The notes beneath the pieces are model-generated. The model was not told the origin of the DNA. It saw only the letters and a program-made list of their open reading frames with translations, and did not search any database. DNA of 64,000 nt, from assembly GCA_024137785.1 (NCBI GenBank), contig JAHRHZ010000026.1, forward strand, positions 9,974,857 to 10,038,856. The letters are read 5' to 3'. The number at the start of each line of letters is the position of its first letter. The first letter of the stretch is position 1. This DNA is from Ginglymostoma cirratum (lineage: Eukaryota). Shown one piece after another: positions 1 to 14,275 of this stretch. The position numbers and the translations under genes were made by a program.

Positions 1-1800
1 ATATCTATCTTACTCCTGTCTTTGTATTGTCAATGGTAGGCCAGCACTGGGGAGACAGAATGCGAGTTAGCTGTTGCAGAATTTGTAATTTTTGACCCAC
101 TCTTGTATCCATATTTATGTGATCAGTCTAGTCTCGTACTATTCAGTGATAACCCTTAGAATGTTGACAGGGGAAGATTGAAAGGCATTGCTGTTGCTGA
201 ATATCAAAGGAGTTGATCGTTGCCCGACGTTTGTGTGGTGTGAATGTTACTTGCTACTAATCAGCCCAAGGTTGAATCAGTGTTACCCAGAGTCTTGCAT
301 ATGGACAGGAGCTGTTTTATCATCCGAAGAGTCGCAAATGGTGCTGAGCATTGTGCAGTTGTCTGAAATGGAAATGTTTGCTGATCTTTGAGGAAGGGAA
401 GGTAGTTGAAACACCTGAGTCAGTTGGGCCCAGGATGCTAGTTTGATGAGCTACTGTGGTGATGTCTTGGGCCTGAGATAATTGACGTCCAACAACTACG
501 AGTATTTTCCTTTTGTGCTGGGTATAACTCCAGCCTTCAGAGAATGTTCGCATTCCCGTAACTCCAATTTTGCTAGGGTTTTTCCTATGCACAATCGGAC
601 CCTGACTTGGTATTGAGGGTAGTCACTCTGGTGTTCAGTTCTTTTGTTTATATTTGGACCAAGGCTTGAATGAACTCTAGCTTAGTGGCTCCAGTGGAAT
701 CCAAACTAAACATCAATGGGAAGGTTATTTCTTTATAAGTGTTGTTTGATAGCCCTGCTGATTATCCCTTTTGTCACTTTACTCATTGTGAGAATTGACC
801 AATTGGGTTGGATTTGTACTACTTGTTTGTGCACAGGATATACCTAGGTAGTTTGCCACATTATTTTGCAGATGCCACTGTTGAAACTGTCCTGGAACAT
901 CATGGTTAGGGCCAAGCATATTCTGGAGCGTGTCTTCCGTACTATTAACTGGGATGTTGCCAAGGCCCATACGCTTTTCAGTATCCGGTGTGGTTTCTTG
1001 ATATCGTAGTGTACTGAATTGAATTGGTTGAAGACTGGCATTTTTGATGTTGTGACCTTAAGAGACAGATGAATCATCCAATCTATACTTGTGATTGGAG
1101 ATGGATGCAAATAGATTTACAGTGATGTGCTGGGTTTCCTGTCATTGATAGGCATATTTGTGGGGCCCACTGCCTTGTTTCAGATGTTTAATCATCTGCC
1201 ACCATTCACATCTGGATGTAGTGAGGCTGCAGAGCTTCATCTGATCGGTAGGCTGTGGATAGCTGAGTCCTGTCTGGATGCTAGTTTTTTTTATTTTGGT
1301 GTACAAGTGGTGATGACCCAAAGTGATGCATGGGTGCCCAGGCTTGATCTGTTACATCTTTTTGAAGTCTACTATGTTTGGCCATGTGGTAGTGCCACAC
1401 GTTATGATGGAGGGTATCCTTAATGTGACGATCAGACTTTGTCTCTCAATGACAGTGTATGCTAAACTCTTCTATTGGTGTTGGTATTCCTACCTGCAAC
1501 AGGTAGACTTGTGAGGATGGGGTCAAACGGATATTTCCCTCATTCCATTCCACAGCCTAGTGTAACAGCTGTGTCCTTTAGAACTTACTCAGTACTGGTG
1601 CTACTGAGCCAGCCTAGTCTCCCACCCAGAGTGCATGCTGTCCCCTTACTGCTATTAGTGCTTGCTGTTGGTCACCGAAACGTTGTCCTTGCTCATTGGA
1701 TGCTATCTGACTCAGTGTTGAGAATGTTACCTGACTGTATGCCATGGTGCTGCCACCTTGGGTGGATTTCTTCTGATGGTATAGGGTCTACTCAGGGATG
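1..1800 (-). mobile_element. Decayed non-LTR retrotransposon (CR1/L2-group LINE), ORF2/reverse transcriptase region
   Basis: Minus-strand frameshifted remnants resemble KAMGPDNIP...VLK and WK.AQV.PVHK...KSNP.NY.PISL of LINE RT N-termini. Positions ~220-300 (gtggtgtgaatgttacttg) recur at ~28970-29035. Confidence 0.7.
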
Positions 1801-2124
1801 ATGACACGTGTGGGGTATCGTCTTTGGGTGTATTGGCCTTGATAAATTGGGGGTGGGGGTGGGGGGAGTGGTTTACAGGATGGGAGGCTGGGTCTGGGTG
1901 GGGTGCTGTTTTGGAGGATCAGTGCAGATTTGGTGGGTGGAATGACCTAGTGATCTGTTTCTGCCCTTAGGGATTATATGGTTCAATGATGTGCCTGGTA
2001 GTGAACATACCATTCAAGGTGTATTTGTAATCAGGAGAAAATGGTCACCTTGAAGTTACTGTGCTAAAAATCTCTAAATATTTCAATGTAATCCTAGTTT
2101 ACACACTATCTGTTTATCAGTAAT

Positions 2125-2266
2125 TCAGAACTCCAGTTCAGAAGAAGGATCAGTGGACCTGAAATGTTAGCTCTGCTTTCTGTCTACAGATGCTGCCAGA
2201 CATGGCGAGTTTCTCTAGCAGTTTGTTTTCCTGATTTCCAGCATCTGCAGTTTAGTTTTTTTAAAA
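2125..2266 (+). mobile_element. Hammerhead-bearing short element, subfamily B (mostly right arm)
   Basis: tcagaact-cc-agttcagaagaaggatcagtggacctgaaatgttagctctg...ccagcatctgcag. Flanked by near-direct repeats atctgtttatcagtaat (2108-2124) and atcagtttatcggtaat (2267-2283). Confidence 0.7.
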
Positions 2267-4540
2267 ATCAGTTTATCGGTAATGGCTGATGTGGAAGTTC
2301 ATGGCTTCTGGTAAAATTGTGAACTAAATTCTCTATTTTAGCCCATCCACTCTTGAGACAAATTATTCCAATCTACTGCACTCCTTTTTAGTAGTTAGTT
2401 CTCAGTGTCAACTTATTGAATCAAGAAGGAAGTAATACAGTAATGATTCACACTTCGATGAGATCAGTGTGCTACATTGATAGAACCTAGTGTATTTACA
2501 GAATGTACTTCTGCCAGAACATGATGCTGCACAGCTTTCAGTATCACACTCCTCTGTCCATTTCCTCATTTGGGTTTCTTATTTACATATAACAATGTGC
2601 TGCTTTCATATTGAGCAATGTACTGTGCCATAGCAGAGGACTGCAAATGGCAGTGTATGAACTTAATTCAAAATGATTTTATTAATTTGAGCAGGACAAA
2701 GCAACAAAATTTGCCTTCCTGCATTTTCTTTCTTTTAATAAGATTGACTTCCATAAAGTCTGGTTTTGTCTTTCTGCTCCTTGTACCCTTTTCCTGTAAC
2801 ATCAGTATCCAGACTTGTGAAATGTTATTCAGAACTAGTTTGAGAAATTTTGAACTTGATTTGTTGTTGAGCGATATAAATCATTGAGTCTTATCATTTG
2901 AGAATGCGACAACATTTAATTACAAAATTCCAATTGTACTTAATTTCCAAATGGCAAACATCAATGTCAAGTTCCCCAACTTGTGTGAATATGCTTCTGT
3001 TCACCTTCCATCCTCCACACTCCATGATTGTCTCACCCTTCTAATTGGATAGGGATGGTGGTGTCTGGCAAGTATGTTTGACAGTTTCACTCTCAGACTT
3101 TTGCTTGACTAGCCTGTGGGATAGTTCTCCCAATTTTGCATCAAGCCCCCTGATGTTTTTATGGATGACTCTGCGGAGTCAATAGGGCTGTGATTGTCAT
3201 TTCTAGAATACAGGTCAATTGCTGGGTTGCTAAAGGCAGTGTATAAATATCAGTTGTTGGCTGCTTTTATGCAAGTTTAATTTTTGATCACTCCAATTAG
3301 AGTTTTGAGAATATTGGGATGAACTAGTGTTAAAGGCGTTTACAATGAGTCTATTATGTTGCTTTCTTTATTTTCAAGCTGCCATCTTGAAGATACTTCC
3401 CAAATATTGTACCTGAAAGTTGAATAATTGGTTTAATTAATATGAGCATTATCTCCTGATAATCTTAGCAACTAATTTTATGAAGGATGGAAGATTAGTG
3501 TGTTCATCCTGTACCAAGTTCTGCTCAATCATAACGATTTAGATTGCCAAACTTCTCCAGTGCGACTCAACTAAAGTCAGCCTGGGTTTCAACTGCTGAA
3601 CAAAGTCCTGTTGATAAAATTATTCATTTGAGTTAGCCACTATCTCCTGTCCTTTTTCTGTGTCGGCTATCCACTCGTGCATTTGGCACACACCAATATT
3701 TGAATGGCTTGTTGAAGCACATGTACATAGGATGAACTACAGCCATTAAAGGCCACTGGTACAACCACAAAGACTGTTATTTCTTTGCTGGCACCTCTTG
3801 ATCTCGTTGGGTATGTTGGATACAACTGTCCCATGTTAAGCTGCATCCTTTCAGTTGCCTGTAGGGATACCTGTTTAACACACGGATCCATAACTTCACC
3901 CCATCCTCATCTGTCCAATTGTTGTCATGGACATATACATAAATGCTGCAGTGAACTTCATGTTTAGAATGCCTTTATGTCATCTTCATGTTTGAAAATT
4001 ATTGTAGACTTTGATTTTGTTCTACTCGGAATGTAGTCACTATGAATCTTGTAATTTTCTACTTTGTTCAAAAGTTTGCAGTCCACAGTTTGGCTTCTGG
4101 AATTATTGAAGTTCATCAATGAATTTCACTGTGATTTGATGGGCATACATGTTTTTGCTGTCTGTAGATGAATTGCTGGACACTGGTTAATTTCTGATTA
4201 CAGTTTTCAGCCGCAACCATAGATTGTTTCATTCCATAAAAAGGAGCTGAAATCTTTTTTGGCTTTGGTTTGATTTGGCGTACCTGAGTGCATTTATGCA
4301 CAGCGTTTCTGGTAATGATGTAGGCATTCTGATTTTTGAGGACCCATTCTGGTACATGTGTCACATGGCTGGCTTCTGTTGTGATAGCCAATTTAGTTTT
4401 GGCCATTTTCTTCAGAATGGCTACTTCATTCTAATCTGAATCACTTTTTCACAAACCTGGAATTCTTTTGCTTCAGCACTGTTATTTGAGTTAGTAAACA
4501 TTAAGAGCTTTTAACTTGGAAGCATCTTGTATTTCATTCA

Positions 4541-4763
4541 AAAAAACCAAAAGAACTGCAGATGCTGGAAATACAACAGCAAAAACAGTAATTATTTGAA
4601 AAACTCAGCATGTCTGGCAAATTCTGCAGAGAAAAAACAGGTAATGTTTTGGAGCCAATGACTTCTTTCTGACGAAGGGTTGCTGGCTCTGAAATGTTAA
4701 ATGTGTTTTCTCATCTCAAACGCTGCCAGGCATGCTGAGTTTTTCTAGCAATTTCTGTTTTTA
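4541..4763. mobile_element. Palindromic hammerhead-bearing element, subfamily B
   Basis: Inverted arms (aaaactcagcatgtctggca / tgccaggcatgctgagtttt) with core ctgacga-agggt...-gaaatgtt at 4669-4698. ttgtattt occurs on both flanks. Confidence 0.75.
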
Positions 4764-5541
4764 TTGTATTTTGTTTATTTTGCTAAAAGAACTATTCTGT
4801 TCATCACTTGCTTTTTCATGGTCTCCTCTGTCTGTGTGTGTGTCTGTCTTAAGCAATCGTCTTTGCAACAAGGCTCCTATCACCTGTTTGACCCCGTATG
4901 CTGATTTAGAGTGTGAGTCAAGTGCTGAAGAAATAGGGTTATCCTGTATGTCAAGTCAACTTGTGTACTGTGATCTACAGTTTTTCAGCTGACTGGTTTA
5001 GGACCCATGAGCTTCTTGCTCTTTTGTTATCATACATATTTGAATATCTGGTTTAAATCAAAGTAGATTGCACCCACAGTGGCAAACAAACTGGGCTGAT
5101 TCAGGTAGGCACCAGTCTGTTTCATGTAGATTTATAATCTAATTCGAGAGCGCCTGTTCAGCAGCCATGGATATCAGGCAGTGCTAATATTATAGAAGCT
5201 GGTGTCTTTAAACAATCAGCTTGGCTTCCTTTGCTGTGTGGCAAATCACATGACCATCTTTGTTTATTAGCAACCCAAGCCATCTGTTGACTCGTCATTA
5301 TCAGTCATCAGGCAGGAATCCAACTCCTAGGCAGGCAGCCCCTGATGCTAACCCTTCAGACAAGAAGTGGTGTGGCCTTGGTGTATGTAGATTAGCCATG
5401 TGCTATTCAATGGAAAGTGCAACAAGAAAGAGAGAAAGGGATCTCTTCCTTGCATTCATAAGAGGCAGGCAGCAGAGCAGTGTGAGTGAACCAGAGACTC
5501 CACTTGGAACAAGTGTGCAATGTGCTTCCCCACCCCCTCCT

Positions 5542-5549
5542 TGACGTCA
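5542..5549. promoter_or_regulatory. Palindromic CRE (TGACGTCA)
   Basis: Exact match within a repeat-free, motif-dense part of intron 1. Function is untested. Confidence 0.35.
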
Positions 5550-7129
5550 CATCATCACAAACCCTCCTGTCTTTTACTGAGTGTCATTCATTCATTGCCA
5601 AGACTGATGAAAAATTTACTTGGCAACAATTCAAACAGTGCACAGCTGTGAGGTTTTAGATTTTAGGCAGAGTGCCCTCAATTTAAAATGATTTATAAAT
5701 AGTGTGTTGGAGCCTTCCTTCCCACAGTTGGACCTGGCTTGCCATAAGGTACAGCAAATGGAATGATTGTGCCTAACAGTTCTTCATGCTATAGTGAGAT
5801 TTTTCACCAAGTTCCAAAAAATCTTTTTGATTTAATAAGTGGAAATATCTGCTGTAATGATGTCTATATAATCCTCTCAGGAGAAAAGGCGATGTCTTAA
5901 TCCAGTGGAGGGAAAAGGTGACTCCTCCTCTTGATGTAAGAAAGCTGGCTGAAAACACCACAGAGTTGAATTTCCTGTAGATTTGCTGATACTTATTTAG
6001 TTGGAGTATGTCAAAGTTACTTTACGTATCTTTAGGAAATGAGCACCCCCACAGAAAGGGAATGTTCATTTACAGACTAGATTAAAGACCTGTGGAAGTC
6101 CTTTATCCTGTATACAGTAAGTTGAGGCAGCCACAGGACATGAATTTACGTAGTGTTGCTAGGCTTTCAGTAAAGTCCGATGTTGGGTGTTTTGCAGTGT
6201 TAGTATTACTGGCTTGGAGCAGCAAACAACACCTACAGTACCGTTACAGAATTATGACTCCAAATTGAGTTGTCTGGAGGCAACATATTGAACAAATGTG
6301 ATGAAATCCTGGTGGTTTCATACTTGTGCCAATGCACTTCCCCCTTGTATTGAAACACAATTATTTCGTGTGAGGGCTGTTGTTGGCTTTGATTTGTTAC
6401 CTGAGAACTGGATAGTGAATTTGGAAACTTGATGTCTTCGTTGAGATAGAAATGGTGGGACTCTATTATTTTGCGATTGTCTAATTTTCAATCTTTGTAG
6501 TTGAGATCCAGGAGGGTGACCATTGTAAAGCACCAGAGCATTGTAAAATACAGCAGCTGACTGTGTTCAGAATATTTAAGAATAAAAAGTTTTAGGAAAA
6601 GGAAAATGGGCCCATATAGCATAACTACTTTTGGTTATTTCCCTTGTGCTTAAAAGCTGTACCTTCAGCTTTCTAGCCACACTTCCTGAAACGCACTTCC
6701 TAAAAAAAAAAAAGCCCTTAATTGCCCCAACCTCGTTCAGTCAGTTTATTGCCTACCTTCAAATCCATCTTTATCTAGCCTCTTAGTCTAACTTTCCTCT
6801 AAACCACCTCCTTTGCCTGCAAGTCCATTTAATCTGAACCTCTAAAGTGCCTTGAGGCAACTTTTTATATTGAAGATGCTGTGTTAATGCAATTTATTTT
6901 GATTGAATCACAGGAGAGCAATACTTTAATGTTTTCCTGGTTTGTATTATCATTGTCACTGATTAGGGACCAGTTAATTAATAAAAAGTAAAGAGGCCAT
7001 AGTCTTAATTGATCCGAGGTCATTTTGTAAAAAAAAAGCTTTTCTAAACTCTGCAGCTCTAATTGCTATCTGCTTCTTCCCCTACTAAAGAACCTTAGAA
7101 TGGAGGTCAGCTAATTTTATTCTTTGTAT

Positions 7130-8310
7130 ATGATAGGGAAGATGAAACAATCCAGAGAATTACAGACTGGCTTGTACAATGTCAGTTCAGGAATAGGTAA
7201 TGAAATTCTTACTCTGAAAAACATCTAGATACCTTTTAGTAGCTTAAAGAGTAGTCAGCATGGCTTGACCGCTTTTCCTGAACTTGAAGTTCCAGATTAG
7301 TGTATTAAATGCAACGTATTTGGAGTTTCCTTAGTCCTTTGAGGAAATGCACAGAATTATAACAAGATCTAAATTTGCAGATCCAGGACGCAGTATGGAG
7401 AGCAAGTCAGCTACAAAACAGAAGATCTAGAGTAATGATTGTCTAGTTACTCTGTCAAAACGTAGTGGTGCCCAGGAATTGAAAATAGTGCCAGTACCAA
7501 TGTATGTTAATATGTACAGTATTTGATAGGGAATAAATTTTAAATTTGTGGGCAACAAAGTTGAGAGTGGGGTGAGGGTTAGTGTTGGTATTGAACAAAG
7601 AGGAAGTTTGCAGCAAAATGTAGGGTAGTATAAATTTGCAGACTGGATGTGTAATTAATAAACGAAGTCCAGAATTGATAAGTGTGAGATGATTTTGTAG
7701 CAAAATCAATGTCCCAAATTACGTTGGAACCTAAAATCTGTTAGAGGGATATGGAGTTACATATGCGTGAATTAAAATTAGTCATATATGTTAATGTTAA
7801 GTTTGTCAAATCTTGGCGATGCCATAATTGAAATACTATGTACAGTTCAATCTAGATCAATGTTGTAAATAAATGATAGGCCTTTGAGAAGGTACAAAAA
7901 TGGTGTAAGAATAATACTGGATCTCTAGTTTCAGATATTTCTAGATTTGCACTGACATGGGCTCCTTTCTGTAGAGACAAGGCCGATGGATGATCTAATG
8001 GATGGCTTAAAATAAGATAAATGTTTTCTTTTTTATTTAGTGTTCACAAATATAAGATTATCATTACTAAATCCAATAAGAAAATCAGAAGAATTTTTTT
8101 TTACTTGAAGAGAAATTGGAATGGGGAAAGCACTACCACAAGGAGTAGTCAAGGGAATAACATAATTTCATTTAAGGATACTCTAGTGGTACTTGACAGA
8201 GGAAAGGACAGAATCATATGTTAATAGGGTTATTTGAAGTTGGATGGAAGGAGAACTGTGTGGACCACAAGCACCAGTGCAAGCAGTTGGGTCAAATGGC
8301 TCTTTTCTAT
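7130..8310 (+). mobile_element. Old, decayed CR1 LINE fragment
   Basis: Remnants of PENYR.VSL (ccagagaattacagact) and SQHG (agtcagcatggctt), plus a CR1-like 3' end (ttgggtcaaatggc). Confidence 0.6.
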
Positions 8311-9758
8311 GCCATTACTGACTTAGTTTTACTTTGCTTTTTAGTGCCAGGGTTAAAATACATTGTCCTGTTAATGGCAAGAGTTTCACTGTGACTGTCT
8401 TGCGATTGTGCCACTAACTCCAAAGTATTTTGGCACCTTTTACTAACAGTGGAGTACCTTTTTTTTTCAGTTTTGTTTATCATGGCAATGTTTAACAGTA
8501 CCAAATCTTGATCAGCTTCAATTACTTTTCCAGTTATTTTCCTGACAAAGCACCGAACTCTTCTGGTTTTTAATATTCTATTCTTGCCTGAATATAGTTA
8601 AAATTTAACTGTTTTTCTGTTGTTTACATGTCACATGCTTGCTAACTAGTTTCTCTTTTGATAAGGCTGGTCTTAAAATGCCTTCCTCCAACTCGGGCAA
8701 ATCATTTTATGTTGCATCTGTGAATTTCAACAACGTGAAGAATCAGAAAGCATTAAATAAGAATTTCTAAATTTTTACAGTTTAAATTGAAATATTATAA
8801 ATTAACAAACCACTTGTAAAGTCCCCATACTACTAAAAATGATCTAATTCCATACATACTACCTATTGGCAGGTGGGGTCAGTAAATGGGTTCACACAGC
8901 TTCATATATATCTCTGCACAACAGCTTCTGCTAAATTATTTCTTAATTTGCGCAGTTAATAACCGTGCATTTTATAGACTTCTCATTTACAATGTGTTAA
9001 GCACGTGAACAAGTAAATGACCTATGACTGCAAGTTAATGCTCAGATTGAGATTAACCAGGTTTCAGTGATTACTTGTATTAACTGTACTTGGATCAGAA
9101 AGTTTATGGATCAGAAAGACCACTTGAATGTAATTCTTAAATGCTGTCTTGACTAAATTAGAGGTCAATTTAACAATTTCTTTTTGCCACAACAGTGTAA
9201 AAGTTGCAACAATTGACAGTACTTCTGCAAATAGTTGTCACAGATACGAAGGGTTGAATGGCTTCTTTCTCTATGTTGAAACCTCCATGGATTTATGTGA
9301 CTAGGCATTCATTGCAATCTGTAAACCTAGGACATGAGGTTTAACTGGTAATCCAGTGTGAAATCTTCTCTTAATGGAAACCTGCTTGCGTTGTAACAAG
9401 TAGTGCCACAATATGATTGCAATCTGGAGGGCATTCATTGTCTTTGGAGATGATGGACTGCGCCCAGGGTGTGTCACTTCTGGATTGAATATCTCCTCGT
9501 TGCTATAGAGGTTGCGTCATGAGTGGCAAACCCTTCCACAGCTAGCCCAGATGAATAATATTGACCTGAGGTCAACATTATTCTTTCCATCTGGTGGCCC
9601 CTCTTCTGCTTTCTGGTCACCTCAAAGTTGAGAGGTTGAGTGTGGAACACCAGGAAACTAGGTGAAGGTACAAAGCTCTGTACCAGGTTTGTATTCTCAG
9701 CATTTTTCTTCATAGCTACAAAACATGAATAATTGCTGTCTGTCCCAGAATAGATTAT

Positions 9759-9885
9759 GATAACAAGGTGTAGAGCTGGATGAACAGCAGGCCGAGCAGG
9801 AAAGTTGACGTTTCGGGCCTAGACCCTTCTTCTCTACACCTTGTTATCTCAGATTTTCCAGCATCTGCAGTTCCTACTATGTCTG
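9759..9885. mobile_element. Internally deleted palindromic element, subfamily A
   Basis: gataacaaggtgtagag ... ctctacaccttgttatc inverted arms around gacgtttcgggcctagacccttcttc. Direct repeat gattatgataa at 9753-9763 and 9886-9896. Confidence 0.8.
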
Positions 9886-11129
9886 GATTATGATAATTCC
9901 TGGTCGAGGCATTTCTGCTGCTCCCATCCTGTCTGTTACGACTGTGTGTGAGGGAACCAAGTGTCACATTGGGTTCCTAAAATGGAAAGTTCTTTTGATC
10001 ATTTGTGTGATGTATGATGAGGTCACATTTGATAAAGAAAACTTTGACAATCATCCTTTGCTTGCTCGCAGTTTGGAAGTGGAAGTTGCCTGCTCTAAGG
10101 AGGTACAAAGATGAAGGTTTAACAAATTGAAATGGTGATTTTGAAAGATAGCTAAAATTGAGTGAATAGCACATAAAACGTGGTCATGTCCAGTAATTGA
10201 AGGGGCTAGAGCAAGGGGACGTTGAGTAAATTAAATGCAGAGGACCTTGGACAGAAAGCAAAAATTTTGGCCGACGTTGAAATGATCCTGTAGAACTCAC
10301 TGAAGTTGACAAAAGCAGAGACTGCGCCTCTGTTTAAGATTAGTTAAATATTTGAAAGAGAACATATTTGGGAGCGTTGAACTGGGAATTTATTTGTGGG
10401 GAGGATAAACTTTGATGCGGGTTGATTAGCCTCATACACTGTGTTCCATTATTGTACTTCATGTAAATCGAATAGCTCCATCTCTAACCATTGCCATGTT
10501 AATTATCCTTAGCGGCAGTGAAGTTGCTATAATTGGGTTCAAGATTCTAAATTTTTTGTAGAAAGTTAGTTGAGTTCCATTTGACATTTTATGCATTTCT
10601 GAAAGTGTTCTGATCAGTTACACTAAATTTTCTATTCAGCAAGCTAAGGATTTATATTCTCAATTTCTGTCTGCTGTCACGCCAAAAAACACAAAACCAG
10701 CCTTTGATGTCTGTTGGGCTGAACATGGAGATTTTTGAAACTTTTTTCTCCAAATGCCATGAACCAAATTCCTAACTGTCAACTCCATCTTTCTCCCTGA
10801 TTGCTGCCTTAGTTCACCCTGATTTGCAATTTTCACAAATATTTATCCATGCGCTGAGCTTCTGCCCCCATACAGTTATTTCTGCTATAATGAGTATTTC
10901 ATTAACGTGAATTGGCTGTAATGTGATTGAATAGTGGACGCTGTTTGGATAATGTGAACTTTCTGCCGTACACATATATAGCGATTTTTCTACAGTGAAT
11001 TCCTTAACTGATTTTATATCGTGCAAGATCACAAGAATGCAACAATTGCATTATAGGAGAACTATCTGTACACAGTTTCTATAAAGAATGCCTAATTCCA
11101 CCTTAATAACAACATCACTCACCCGCCTT

Positions 11130-11640
11130 TCCACTGCTGCCAAAACTATCATCCATGTCTTTTTCACCTTTGACTTAACAATCCTGATCAGCCTCCAACC
11201 TTCTGTCTTTTCATTATGAGCTCGTTTAAGACAAACATACATTAAATGTATGGATTAGAAGACAGCAATAACAATTTGATGCTTTGAGCCTGCTGTGTCA
11301 GGATTTTTCCTAATTTAGTACTAACTTGCACCAAGTCCTTTTCAGCCCTTGCCAGCATGCTCACTGACCAAAAATGACCTCCAGCATGCTTATGATACAT
11401 TTGGCATTGTTCTTTTTGTCTACTCGATCAACTCCACCATTGCAATGTTCGGAAATGTCTGCATATTGCAGTTCTAGTTCTTGCGCATCCCTAATGCCAA
11501 TGACTGATGCTGGAGGCTGTATTTTCTGCTGCCTAGGTCCCAGATTCTGAAATTGCCTGCCTAAAACAGCTCATACCCCACACCCTGATCTCCTCCTTCA
11601 GAAATCTACCTCTGTCACAAAGGTTTCGGCCTCCAATCTA
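11130..11640 (+). mobile_element. Very old L2-like LINE 3' remnant
   Basis: atccatgtctttttcacctttgactt resembles the L2 IHAFVTSRLDY motif, and the downstream ctaggtcccagattctgaaattgcctgcct resembles P.LWNSLP. Confidence 0.45.
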
Positions 11641-14009
11641 AATACTTCCTTTGTTAGTTGGTATTACACTGTGTTTGATAATACTGCTGTAAAGTACATC
11701 ATGATGCTTTACTGTGTAAAAAAGGACTATGTAGGTGCTAGTTATTGCTGGTATTTTGTTTGCATATGAGAGTGGGAGGAACGAATAACTGGACAGGATA
11801 ACAGCAATCTGTTTTAATTGCACGTGCATAGATACTGAACATGAGTATAAGAACTACATGCTAGAAATCCAACAGACACTTGTCGAGTATTCATATGAAT
11901 AAAGGGTAATTGGAGTGAGGTACTGGATGGCTGTTGAGAGGAAGAGCAATTTGTTAGCTAATGGTTGCCTGTATAGTGGTGATCACTAATTGTGGGCAAG
12001 AATGAATGAGGTCTTCATGGGAACCTAGTGTTTCCCTCTTTCTGACTGGTTCAGTTCTGCTCCTAATCAGCATGTGTAACCCTTAGTAAGGGAATTTGAA
12101 ACATCTTGGAGGACGTATTAAATGGTCTTTGAATAATATTCCAAGGTGTGAAAAGTGGTCCCTGTTCTCGGTGTACTTTCTAATTTTACTTTCTGGTTTA
12201 CTGAAAGATATCTGGCTAATTTTAGTTTGGATGATCAGTGCTGGACTGCTGGCAGCTTCACTTCTCTTTTTTTAAACTGTTTTGTGCTTTATGATATCCC
12301 CTCTGAAACAGTTTTGTTTTGCTTTTTATATGTCCCCCTGGGCCAGTTCTCGTTCTCTGCCCTCTTTTAGGTCTTAACTTCTGAGCATTGCTGGAATTGC
12401 TGTGAGATCTTAACGAAATGGTTAACGTGAGTCTACACGGTGGGTAGGCAGTAACTGCAAGCAAGTTTGCTGGGTGACCTCTGCACTTCCTGCATTTTTT
12501 GGTGGGGTATCACTGATTAGTTGATGCTGAATCCTGGTCCGTTTGACCTTTCCTCTTTCCTAGTTTTCTAAAATAAATCTGATTGAATCTCCTGCTTAAG
12601 TGTGTTTATTGTTGTGCGTATATGCATATTTTTAAAAGTGCTTGTGTAATCTGCAATTGAGGAAGTCCTATAATTTGCTCTGTCCAATGTTTATTTTCAT
12701 AGGACACTATATTTTAAATCTAATTGTTTTCAAACCGCACTAAAGTGATTTTAACTCTTATTCTCTGAATTATTGGTCAGGATTTCTGGCTGCCTTGTTA
12801 CAATCCCAATTTTTAATTTAGTTCTTCGCAAATATTTTACTACTGTGAAATTTAATTTTAATTTGTTGATCATTGAAAGTAATGGTTTATGTTTATTTCC
12901 GACAAATGTCAGAACCGTGCTAGGGTGAAAGGTGGACTCTAATTCTGCACTAGAAATAAGAAATTGTAGAATTGCATCATTGCCATTGGCCACACGTGTG
13001 GTATTCAAGTAGTTAATATAAATGACTAGACCTCCAGGGAACAGTCACATCAGAGGCCAGTGTTTTCATGGGTCTCTTAAACCACTGTTGGATTTTGAAG
13101 CCAAAAGCATTACAGTGAAAGTTGAAGGTCTTGGAGTAGGGCCAGGCAGGAAAGTAAGAGACAGCATGTGATGGAGGGCTGGTCTTTCGGGCACTCAATG
13201 CAATGTGAGATAAAGGACAACCTGCAATAGTTTTATTTCATGATAAACATTGAAATGCATTTGAAATGGCATTCTTTTTCTAATTAGAGAAGCAGGGAAG
13301 TGCTTAAGTAGGTGTTTAGAATCATTACGTGGTTACTTAAGGATGGAGACCAGAACCCGTAAGTTGAACAATACCATGTAGAAAACCGCAGGCCCATTTT
13401 GAAGTCAGCAGTTGGATCAAGAAAAGCTGGCTTGTACCTTGTTAACAATCTAGAATCTGATCATTTATGTGCATGATGTCCTCAACAAACAATGGATAAA
13501 TGAGGAAAAAGGTGATGGCCTAGGAAAGCTTCCATCAATATTTAGAGGAGTATGAACAGAACTCATTGCTGAAAATGCAGTGGCCTCAATTAGATACCCA
13601 GTCTTAGTGAAATGACTCGAAGGCGCTGAGGTAGATAATGAAGGAATAGTTAAAAGCAGCATATGGTGCGGTTAGCAGCATCAAAAGTTGCTGCCCCTAA
13701 GGCAGGTATCACTTGTGGCATTGATTAGAACCTTTTCAATCCTCCAGTAGGGCATATAGGCAGTGTGAGATTTAAACGTGGATTGGAAGAACCATGGTCG
13801 TGAATTTTGGCAATGGCATTGTATTCAAGATGTTGGAGATTGCATGGTGGTTGACTGTTGTGGAGAGGGGGCTGAGTATGTGCAAGTGCTTAAACATTTG
13901 GGGTTACATGAGAGGCAATTTGGAATTGGGGTAATCAGTTCAGATAAAATTGGTTTGAAGAAGCTTTAAGTGGGACTTGAACAAGATAGGTTTGGAGACG
14001 GTATGAGTG

Positions 14010-14275
14010 GAGACAGTGGTGTTGTGTTGATGTCACTGAACGCGTCATCCAGAGGTCCAAGCTAATTCTCTGAAGCTGGATTTCTATCTCACCATGACAG
14101 CTAGTGGAATTTACATCGTAAAACTAGTCTCAGTAATTGTGACCGTTAAACTACCAGTCACTGTTTAAAAAAAAAACAAAAAAATCCCACTTATTTCAAT
14201 CAGGAAAGGAAATTTGCCAGCCATACTTGATGTTGGCTACATGTGATCCTACACCCACAGCAATGTAATTGAATG
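14010..14275 (+). mobile_element. Decayed tRNA-derived SINE (same family as 31406 and 34758)
   Basis: Shared blocks: ccagag, caccatgacagctagtggaattt, tcaggaaaggaaatttgcc, cccacagcaatg. Confidence 0.6.

Noticed and set aside
1848-1905. G-quadruplex-forming G runs (also ~26041-26058)
   Set aside because: They lie within decayed repeats, and such runs are common.
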